In this document: in pieces, positions 12,501 to 22,754 of the stretch | Layout: every line of letters begins with the position of its first letter | How positions within the stretch are numbered: position 1 is the stretch's first letter | Assembly (NCBI GenBank): GCA_977020255.1 | Contig: CDROCS010002657.1 | Span: 248,001-312,000 of the forward strand | Length of the DNA: 64,000 bases | Direction of reading: 5' to 3' | From: Obrimoposthia wandeli | Taxonomy: Eukaryota | Notes under the pieces: model-generated | Database searches by the model: none | The model's input: the letters and a program-made list of their open reading frames with translations, nothing else | Told to the model about the DNA's origin: nothing | Program-made: the position numbers and the translations under genes

Positions 12501-15500
12501 TGTAAAAATACGGATGGAAGAGTAAACAGCATATATTTTTCTCTGCCATACAGCCACATAATATTTCTTACTATCAGGAAGACAGTAGGGTAAGGATGCT
12601 CGACTGACCTAAGACTAGTCCAGATCTTAACTCCAATGAGATTATTGTGGAAGGTGGAAATGGTTGTTGAAACCCGGAAAATGTAGCAACAAAACAGCCT
12701 CTCATAACCACAGCCATTTAATATAAGAATCGTGACGCCGATAGCCTTCAAACTCCAGCTTTCAGATTGGGTTATTGATGTCTATCAGGGCAAATGGGAT
12801 ATTTCTTGTTTGTGCGTCACAAATTTTCAATGTCAAGTAAAGTCTAGAAATGTCCCAAAATGGAGAGAGAAATAAAAAAAGCTGGTATTACGAAAGAATG
12901 ACACAACGAAATCAATAATTTCCAATTAAAGTTTCTCATGAAATGACTGAAATTCGAGTCCATGTGAAGGAGCGAGTGTAACAGCACAATCCCACCTGTG
13001 TGCCGATTTTGAACTCTGAGAAATGTGTGACCGTGGCCAAGGAGCACAAAGCACATTCTCCTAATTACAGGACGAATGTGACCTCGTTTGCAGATATTGC
13101 CAACTAGAATGGACTACCGCAATGTACCATCTCTTCCTTTTCGATTTTTGAGAAAATTGATTCTTTCTGAAATATAACTATTTAAAGTTTATTAAAAATC
13201 ATTGTTAATTAAGGCGATAATTTCAACTGGGCACATCTGAATATTTAAATAATCATTTAAGAAAGGCAAATGTTTATAAAGTTCCATCCTTTTCATTCAT
13301 AGCTGACATAACCTGTATATACTGAGACATTTTGAACTGAAAGATAAAATTAATTTCTTTAAATGTTCTTATTTAGTCAAAACCGGTTTTAAAATAATTA
13401 TTTTCTCTTTTTATAATTGTAAGTTTTAATAATTAACAAGTATAGTATTTTATTCTCATATTAATAGAACTGAGGTTATAAATATTAATGTTTTTGAATA
13501 TTATAAAGTTTAATGGTTTCGTAACTTTTATTTAATTAACCATTAGCATAACTTTTAAAATGGTTTATATTATGTTCAAACTCAAAATCATATTTAACCT
13601 TTTTAAGATCACATTTTTAAATAACTTTTATTGCTTATTTTCTCTTTTAGTAAATATAATGAGTTAATATTAAACATGTATCTTTCGTCAATTGGATCGA
13701 CCCATTTTGGGGTTATTTCCCTGTAAGAGGAACAATATAGGTGGGTACGGATATAATCGGAAATTTCTATACTTATTGAATACTTAATTAAAATATATTT
13801 TTGTCAGAAAATCCCTTGGAAAAATTACCTATTTTATACTTCGTATTCCCTTCAATGAAGTTTTAAAATATTTTTCGGCTCATTTTTCTGCTTCGTTTTT
13901 TCCTAATATAATTTCAAAGGCTAGTTATAATTATTGCCCCTCAAATAAAATGGTATGGTCTTATACAAATCCACAACTGTATAATTACAGTGATAATAAA
14001 AAAGGACAAAAGTAGTAAAAATGCTTCTTTTTAGACGTGATAGCGCAATAAAATTATTTTATCCTAATCAGGATAATTTTCAGAAAATACTTTTAAAAGA
14101 CTATCATAAAATTTATGGTTTCAAATTGCTTAAAATAGGAACTAATTATCAATCAATTCTTTACAAAAATCCGCAAAGAAACGTTTAATATTGATTTATA
14201 AGAAAACATCTTCAATGTTAAGTTTTAGCCAGTATTTTAAATGTCATTCAGCTCTATTAATTGTTGGCTCCTAGTTTTATTATTTTTAACGTTATATCTT
14301 AATGTATAACAATTTCAATTATGTTTTCGCCTTTTATAAGTTATACGTATCTTCATGTGCCTTCCCTTTCAGTACCGGACCAAACTTATCCGGTCACCTG
14401 CTGCCCCTCCAAAGGCTTGAAGATAGAAGACGCTTCCCAGTGCATCAAGAAGAGAAATTCTCCATACCAAAACTTCGGGTGTTACTCCAAGATTAAGCCA
14501 GAACTTCAGAAGTACATTGGATACATCTTCGCTTTTCTGGGAGTCGTAATTGCAGTTCTGGTGTGTAATTTTTGGTATTTTGCAGAACTTAATAATCTCA
14601 CCTGACTCCATTTAGTATTGCAATATGCACCTTCTTCTTTTAGAACATTCTTCTGAAATCCATTACAGACAAACACGGAAAATTTAGCCCGGGATTTGCA
14701 AATGAACAACAATGATAAAGTTTGTCATTTCGATTTGAAATTATTTTATAAACTTCATAGGTACTACAGGGGATAAAGTATAAATGTTGCATTAAATAAA
14801 AAAGTCACATTTCGAATAGGAGTCATTTTATATTTAATTTAATGAACTGAAATTTGTGCAGACACGATTTCCAATAAGCGCCAAAGGAAATATTTGCGAA
14901 AGGGGGAAAATAAAAATAATAAACAGAATGTTAGTTATAGTTTAATTATAGGAGTACACTGAAGTTGAATAGTTTGACTAAGTCGACTTACCAGTTTACA
15001 GCAGATGCCAAGGTCGACGGATGGCATTTAAGGCACCATTTTTATTTCGTCCTCTTCACATTTGTGGTCACAAACGCAAATAAATCTCCTTGACAATTTT
15101 TTCTGTTTCCGTTTAACCCCTATAATAGTAATTGAAAATAAGATAACATCATTAAATATGGCTCAACTAAGTGATGAAACAAGGAAGTTAGACACGAAAT
15201 TCCTTGAAAGGGGATTTTTGAACAAGCACGTGGTTGATTATTCGTCGTCTTCCCATCTACCAAAAGGCAATTTTCACAAACCAAATAAGTGGAAGACCTC
15301 GAGAGCTCAAAAGAATTCGGAAACATGACAATGAAACCCCTCAAAATAATGTGTCAGACTTGGCCAACCTAAATGTTCTCACGCGTCATTTCGGTGACAC
15401 ATACTCTACCGTGGGTCGCGTTTCATTACAGATACTTGAAAAAGATTACAATTTTCTGAAACAAATATAATTTTCAAAACACTTCAGTACATTTTCATAT

Positions 15501-18252
15501 TTTTGCAAAAGTTTATTTAGTTTAAAAATTAAATTCAAAATAGTTCCATTTCTCGGTAAAAAAATCGCTTTATGTATCTCATTATAAAATAATCTCGCGA
15601 GCCTCGGGTTAGGGTTCTAAGCCACGAAGATTAACTGAAACGCCTCTTAAACCAAGTTAATTTTGCAACACAATTCAGAGAAGAGAAAAACTGGTTCAAT
15701 GTTATATTTTCTAATGAAACTTATATGCAGTTGAAGCAAGGATGTAAAACAAAAATAAAATGACCCCATAATTCAAAATCCAAGTAAATAGTTAAAAATC
15801 CCTGATTCAAATGTATTGCTTCAAGACCGTGCGAAAAAAACACTTTCCTATACTCCATATGAAAATGTGTGGCATGCAGTTAAGAACAACGTAGAATTGT
15901 AAAATCCAAGCAACATAAAAGAGATTTTTAACGGGAACACCAGAGCCCGCGAGTTTGGCCGTGTTCTCAAAACAGAAATTGTGAACACGCCTCAAATAAT
16001 CTTGCGTACTTTTAAAGAATATGAACACATTAACAGAAGGAATAACAACATATTTATTTACACATGGAAATATTGCGTACCCTTCTTTAGACAGTTAGGA
16101 ACTTAAGTTATATTTATCACAACCATGTAAGACTCATCACAATTAAATTTGTCTTTATAATCTTTTTATGGTAATTTAAAAATTCAAAGCGAGTCCTCTT
16201 TCACTGGATAATATTTCCGAATGTTTACTGTGTCTGTATTAGAAAAATTATTCTTCTGCCATTCGTCTTGCCATTTCTTTAAGCTTATATCTTGGAACTC
16301 TTAAATATTAATATTGGGTCAGGAGAAAAGTCTGCAAAAATTGTTAAATAAATAATAAAATTACAACATCATAAAAATAACCAAATATATATTTAACTTT
16401 TATTCCAATGAATTATAATGTATGAACAACAATTTAGCCGTGTAGATTCAGTGAGGTTCCGTCGTTCGTCTGACAAAATATGCCTATATCGTGAAAATAT
16501 TCTTTCCACCCCAGCTGCAGTTAGTGGAAGAAAACATCATTTGGTCTGGGTTTAGGTTTAAAAGGCTTCAGTAAGATCTAAACAATACGCATTACTGTTG
16601 CGTGCTCTTACTTCTAGGTCAGAAATAGCATATATAATTTGAATCTGCTTACTTTTATTGTTCATGCTTGTATGTTTTTCTGTCTAACTGACAATTTACC
16701 AGACTTCTAAATGTACTCGTCGATTTTCAATATTTTGGAACAAACATAACAATATGTAGAAATATTTCGACCATCCGAATTAACTTTTAAAATGCCACGA
16801 CATTTCTTCTCTACATCCATAACCCGTTTTTAAAAATTATTCGACATTATATTTGAATTTTTAGAAATATTTAAATCATCACTTTTTAAACAAAAATTGC
16901 TGGAAATTTTTATTTACATTTTTTGTAGTTCTTAGAAATAATCATTTTTAAGTTTCACAATTCCCATTTGACAAGATTCATACGTTAAGATTTAATGTAA
17001 AAGAATTTACGATAATGCTGTTGAAATTTCCAGGCTTGTCACACCATATTTAATAAATTCCGACTGTTACCAATGCAAGCGAGAATTCATTTCAAAATAT
17101 TATGACTGGTTCAAAATTGTGTATTTCGTGGTAAACCATCGGATTTAAGAGATACACGCGCTGTATCTAGAATGACCTTCGCAGATTGAAAATGCTCGGA
17201 CTCACCAATTTCAAGATGTACAGTGCGATATTGTATAATGAATTTCCATCAACATAAGAAACTCTCAAAACACTGAAACAGAATTTGACGAACGGTTTAT
17301 TCAATCCGCTCTACAAAAGTTGAAGAATTCCTTCAGCTCCTCGAAGTAGCCATAGACGGCTAGATATAGACGCTGCGGTAAATTGACGGATATGTTGTAA
17401 TGAATAGATTTAACAGCGGCACACAACTTTTTCTCGAACGCGCCATCTTCATATCAAAATTCTTCATCGTCGAATCCTTATTTCTCCAACGACTGGTAGC
17501 GCATATTCGATAAATCTGATTTAACTAAAGAAATTGGAGCAGATGCAGAAAACATTTTTCCTTTTATCGATTTGATTCTGAAGTTTCTTGTTGTTCTGTC
17601 ATTTCTCAAATTGATCATGGTCACATAGAAATGCTGGAAGGTTCATTAGTAAACATTTCTTACCAGAAAACAACTGAGCTCTTCAGTTTATTAGTTTTAC
17701 GTTCGCACTGTTTTGTTGTAAAGACCCAACACGCAGCTCTGTTCTGAATAATTTGCAGCTTTTTAAAGTAACAATCTGAAATATTTTATCGAAGCGAATT
17801 TTTGTAATTGATATTGTAGTTTGTATTTTAAATATTTTCTTCAGTTCATAATTGCATGAGTGCTTTTTTATTTGTGGAACCAGTCAGATTTTTGTCAAGT
17901 ACACATCCCACATATTTTAGAAAGCTTTAAAACTTTGATACCTGATTTAATGGCTATGTGTAATCTGATTTTGATTTTTTCAAACCCATCTGAGTGTCAA
18001 CTTTTCAGGGTTTAGGTGAACTTATACGCAAACAATACAATACTTTTCTTCCTACGTTTTCCTACTTATCGTGAAAATGAAAACCTCTAATAACAATGTT
18101 TTCATGAGAGTCCATAGAATTTCTGCGGGTACATCTCCTAATTCTGTAGGTAACCAGGTATATGAAAATAACATGCATTATCCTACCTCCAGGTGGTGCT
18201 TGATGCCCTCTTCATCGTCATGATTGTGTGTGCCAACAAGGTCGACAAATAG
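558..18252 (+). CDS. Tetraspanin, paralogue A (8 exons, 278 aa)
   Basis: Exons assembled by hand, all GT-AG and in frame: 558-617, 2409-2583, 5723-5829, 6451-6528, 8768-8872, 10786-10849, 14373-14560, 18193-18252 (TAG). Protein starts MCLIKGIIKCILGLVNGMILTLGIIG, has four hydrophobic segments, and EC2 has MHCCG, YPVTCC and FGCY (6 Cys). Every exon has a same-length or near-same-length counterpart in the paralogue at 26946-29996. Confidence 0.95.
1729..1928. repeat. 100-bp tandem duplication in intron 1
   Basis: TTTTCATAATTTAGCA...GATTCAAAGTAAACCAA starts at 1731 and 1831; the two copies are nearly identical. Confidence 0.9.
2757..2914 (-). repeat. ~109-bp satellite family, ~1.5 units (inverted)
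   Basis: Reverse complement of the unit tandemly repeated at 31692-32155. Confidence 0.9.
8435..8580 (+). repeat. ~109-bp satellite family, ~1.3 units
   Basis: AAGATGTTCCTGTTTAGAAGACGCTGCAGTTAACTACTCAAAGTTGCTGATTTGTGGAGCGTC matches the 31692-32155 array. Confidence 0.9.
12400..12720 (+). pseudogene. Decayed Tc1-like transposase fragment (intron 6)
   Basis: Reads RMLD*PKTSPDLNSNEIIV near 12595-12650, resembling the Tc1 motif W-P-x-x-S-P-D-L-N-P-I-E. Many stops; boundaries approximate. Confidence 0.55.
15158..15470 (+). pseudogene. Possible decayed Tc1/mariner N-terminal HTH fragment (intron 7)
   Basis: MAQLSDETRKL... followed in another frame by IIRRL...SGRPRELKRIRK, similar to the GRPR linker of Tc1 DNA-binding domains. 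Confidence 0.4.
16400..17150 (-). pseudogene. Decayed hAT transposase C-terminal region (intron 7)
   Basis: Minus strand near 16530-16440 reads PLTAAGVERIFSRYRHILSDERRNLTE, matching the hAT dimerisation motif P-x-T-S-x-x-V-E-R-x-F-S. Upstream extent is uncertain. Confidence 0.6.
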
Positions 18253-19189
18253 AGGTCAGCTCAGCCACACAGAAGGGGAACAACTCTCTCTATCTCTGGT
18301 GCCTATAGCTGATCCCCAAACAAATTGTCTTTGGTGTTTGTCTTCCTCCTCATTCGCCCCCTTTGTCTCGTATCTATTTTGACCCGTGCTTCCAAATTTG
18401 GTATTCTACCGACAGAATTGTTCTGCGATTATATCACATATCTACTTATCTGACTTCCCCTCTTCCCTCTTCCCATATTCATCATCAGATAACCACGGGG
18501 TTTGAAGGACACTGCAAGCTTCAAGACAGCTGACAGGTTGACACGAATCTAATCACCAGGGCTGGTTGCTGGCGTTATAACGGAGACTACAATGATGAAT
18601 GAGGTCAGGTGTAATTAGAGTCAGCTTGCTTGGGTTACGAGCTTTACTTAGCTGCATTAAATGAATGTCTGATATCGTTAATGACTTCAGCACTATTTTG
18701 TAAAGTGGAACTCCGGACCTAACACAAGAACATCGAAGAACATCGAAACGTAATCTTAAGTCAAACGTGAGAATATTTTTGTACAACAAACTAATTATTA
18801 AATACGAATTTAAGTCGTATAATGTAATAAGAAGGCTGGTATAAGAAGTATTTGCTAGATATAGTCAGATTGTATGAGAAATTATGAAATATAAGAAGAC
18901 AAAATGAGAGAAAAACTTCTAGAAAGTGAATTGAAACTAAATACCATAATCGATGAACCATGGAGCCATTGAAATCTTCCTAAAACTCAAATCCTAACTA
19001 ACTCCAATAAGCGTATCCACTTCATAGACCCTGATTCACCTAATGGCAAAATAGCAATCAATGAACTGAAAAAGTAACACAACTTTTAATGTAGAATTCT
19101 CATGTTTTCGGGACAAACTCAGTGTCAAGATTAGTGCTGATATATTAAAGAATAATGACGTTAACTTTGACAGACTAAAGAAACATAAA

Positions 19190-19980
19190 TTATGCAAATA
19201 CTTAACAGAAGTCGTTGGATATTCGTACTACATCAAATGGTTGGATATTCGTACTACATCAAATGGTCCAGTTTAAAGTCACAAGGCCGCTTGGCCCAAA
19301 CAGTATTGGGTTCTAGTATAAATAAGCATCTAATTCACAGTAATACCTGCTACCGAATGGTTTGGAAGTTTATTAAGAAAGCTAGAAACAATATTCTCCA
19401 ACTGAAATCGATTGGCTACAGAGCAGTGTTAAATGTTGATACAAAGTGTAGAAAATGTCCCGCGTAACCTGAAAGCCATTGGCATGTCCTGTCTCGTAAC
19501 GATACAGGTCGTACTTACAAGCACAACAAGATCCTGACCTACATTGCAAAATCATGTATCAACGAGGAAGATCTCAACATAGAATGCGACAAAAACCACG
19601 AAGCAATCAAAGAAAACATGAGACCAGATATCATCATCACAGATACGAACACAGAATCCATCATAATCATAGACATCAAGTCACCATGTGACATTTTCAC
19701 AAACTTTCAAGACGCCAGAAAGAGAGACCAAGGACATTACAAGAAATTCGTCAAGGAGATACATAGAAAAACTAAATATATAATTATTCTACAAGAAATC
19801 TGCGTAGGAACTCTAGGATGCTGGGACGAAGCTAATAATAAAGTACTACTAAGTTCAAAATATAACAACAAGGAGTTTCAACAGCCGTCGCTCAACTGCA
19901 AAAGAATCGTAATTGAGGAATCAAACAAATCTACCTGCTGTACATGTAGTACCTAACGCCACTACGACGGAGGAGATGGG
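19190..19980 (+). mobile_element. 5'-truncated non-LTR retrotransposon with restriction-like endonuclease (R2/NeSL/R4-type), decayed
   Basis: Reads WSSLKSQG...FIKKARNNIL...CRKCPA*PESHWHVL...HNKIL...RPDIIITD...IIIDIKSP...VGTLGCW, i.e. a CCHC knuckle plus a PD-(D/E)xK endonuclease. Confidence 0.85.
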
Positions 19981-20876
19981 AAGTCGTAGAAGAATTTGTG
20001 CCTGATTAATATATCTTTAAATTGTAAAAAATTTTACAACATTCAATGTTTATAACGCGTCACAAACATGATTGAAATTTTCTAAATTTCATTAGAACAT
20101 TATAAATCGTAACACGGTAAAGAAATAGGTTTAGAAACCATAATAATAGAGTGTAGATTATTGCATAACAAGAGATTAATTTATGTTGACTTTAAAAATC
20201 CAATATTATGTAAACCTTTTCAAATTTTTATATACAGGGTGCGGAGAAAGTCCCCGATCTCATAAAACGTTAAATTTAACAACTAATAAAGGTTGAAATT
20301 AAACAAAAAATAACACACACAATTTGTTAGAGCTCTATTTAACATTTATACTATCTATTTTTCAATGTGGCCGCCTTTTGCTTCAATTACACGCTCAAGT
20401 CTCCCCCTGAAGCTCTTCACTGCGGCACGAAAGGATTCCTGGGGAATTTCAGCCCATTACCGCTTAAGAGACTTCTTCAAAGCTTCTGTATTATCATGGG
20501 CTGTAGCCAGTGGTGGGATTCAAACTGTTTAGGAACCGGTTCGCGCGAACCGGTGCAAACCCTTGAATCCCACCACTGATTATATAACAGTATCATGTGA
20601 TAAATTTAATATTTAGTGTATCATATTATAATATCCCATTACAAATTACATGTAAAACACTCGATATAATTTATCATTAAAATATATTTATCAATTTTAC
20701 TTAAACGGTTGAACCATTGTTATATGTAGAAGGTTCATTTCACCATATTATATATACATGAAAAAATCTGTGCTCGGATTTTTTTATGTTTAAATATTAA
20801 TATATTGTAGTTAAATGTTTGCTGAATTTTAATAATAGTTTCGAAATTTTGACTTTCCCATTAATATTAATATAAG

Positions 20877-22754
20877 TGTTAGGTTTGAGAATTAAGAAAT
20901 TTAAATATTTTAGTCGATTAAATACTAAAATGGAAATCCTTGAAAGCAAGGTTGAAAATTAAATTAAATATTAATTTTAGTTTTAGAATTGAAATTAGTG
21001 GAAGTTAGGGTAAAAATTAGGAGGACCACGAAGGTCGTGTATAATGTGAGATGTATAAAAGTTAAATTAATTAACCCAAAATTGCAAGATTTAGAGTTAA
21101 TTAAAAGAAAAACGAAGAAAAACGACTAATTAAGAAAGTCGATCAAACCGAAAAGAATATAAATTCCGAGAAGTTGATTGACAAGAACGTCAATTAAAGT
21201 AAGTCCTTTTCGTATAGAGAGTGAAATTAACTTCTTTTCAGCTGTCGATTGATTGACAGACTTGACACTATATAAGTCAGACCAGAACGCACACAACGAC
21301 AGAGTCAACTAGAAAAAGAAAAGGTAACGAAGGAAATCAATATCTCCGACCGACAATCCACCACGAATCGGTAAGTGGTGATCGAAAACTCTGTAGATTA
21401 AAATTATTTTAGATTTTTAGTCGACAGTAATTGAAGGCAAATATCGAATCCGTAATTGAAGGCAAATATCGAAACCGTAATTGAAGTTAAATATCGAAAC
21501 CGAAATTGAAGGCAAATATCGAAACCGTAATTGAAGTTAAATATCGAAACCGAAATTGAAGGCAAATATCGAAACCGTAATTGAAGTTAAATATCGAAAC
21601 CGAAATTGAAGGCAAATATCGAAACCGTAATTGAAGTTAAATATCGAAACCGAAATTGAAGGCAAATATCGAAACCGTAATTGAAGTTAAATATCGAATC
21701 CGTAATTGAAGTTAAATATCGAAACCGAAATTGAAGGCAAATATCGAAACCGTAATTGAAGGCAAATATCGAAACCGTAATTGAAGTTAAATATCGAATC
21801 CGTAATTGAAGGCAAATATCGAAACCGTAATTGAAGTCAACCGCCAGACTCGCAAGCGCTCCATACGGATCCTGCATCGGACATCCCACTAGTCGCAGTA
21901 TTTGGTAAGCCAACCGACTAGAGCATTCATTGCCCCTAGTTGGCAATTAGGATACCTTCATTACCCCTTGTTGGTAATTCTAAATTTTAACCTGTTAAAT
22001 AGATTCATTGCCCCTAGCTGGCAATTAGGATTGCTGACTCTTTAACTCAATCATTGCCCCTAGTTGGCAATTAAGATCATCTATTCTATTCATTGTCCCC
22101 AGCGACAATTAGGAATGATACCGATCTTTTTCCCGTAAGACTCATTGTCCCTAGCTGACAATTCGGTTCATTGTTAGTTGACACCATTGTAGTTGACAAT
22201 TCGGAGTAAGTTTTCATTGTCATCTTTGACAATTAGGTTTTTAGGAGACCCATTGTTCACAGTGGACAATTCGGGGTCAAACACACAGCAGATAGAGTTA
22301 AGGAATCAAGAAACTTTATCTAGATATAAGAAGTAGGAGCGAAGAAATTTAAGAGAGTTGCGTTATAGATTAACCAACCTAAGTAAGAAGAATAAACCTA
22401 AAAGCTTAATCACCTGAACGTAAAATCGATACGTGGTTCATCCCCACTTCTTGTAGAGACTTACAGAAGTCCTAGGAATTTTATCATACTTTTTAGAAAA
22501 TACGTACCTAAACGTATTGTTGTGTTAGTTACGTGAATTACAAATAAACAATTTCCTACATTAAAACAAGTTGTTTTTGCACCCTTCAGAATAAGAGACA
22601 TCAAATCAAATACCTTCAGATAGTACAAGAGATTAGGCAACCATAACACTAAGTAGGCCACGACCAACTTTAAGACCTGCTTCTAATCGAACTCACGTTG
22701 GGGCCCTCCGCATTCAAGAGGATCTGTACCAAGTTTCGTATAGAAACCCCAACA
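20877..22754 (+). mobile_element. Solo LTR (1,878 bp), related to the LTR at 59717-61020
   Basis: TGTT...AACA termini, 4-bp TSD TAAG. Shares 5' blocks (AAATCCTTGAAAGCAAGGTT) and 3' blocks (AAAATCGATACGTGGTTCATCCCCACT...TAGAAACCCCAACA) with the second LTR. Orientation is assumed. Confidence 0.9.
21427..21838. repeat. 25-bp minisatellite, ~16.5 copies, inside the solo LTR
   Basis: Unit (T/A)AATTGAAG(GC/TT)AAATATCGAA(A/T)CCG with starts at 21428, 21453, 21478; two variants alternate over much of the array. Confidence 0.95.

Noticed and set aside
21587-21946. 119-aa repetitive ORF (FNYGFDICLQFRFRYLTSIT…)
   Set aside because: Translation of a 25-bp non-triplet minisatellite; no coding evidence.
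21427-22274. CRISPR array (regular repeats, and palindromic repeats with spacers)
   Set aside because: Eukaryotic context inside a TSD-bounded solo LTR; the 25-bp units have no spacers; the palindromic repeats are degenerate with irregular short spacers; no cas genes.
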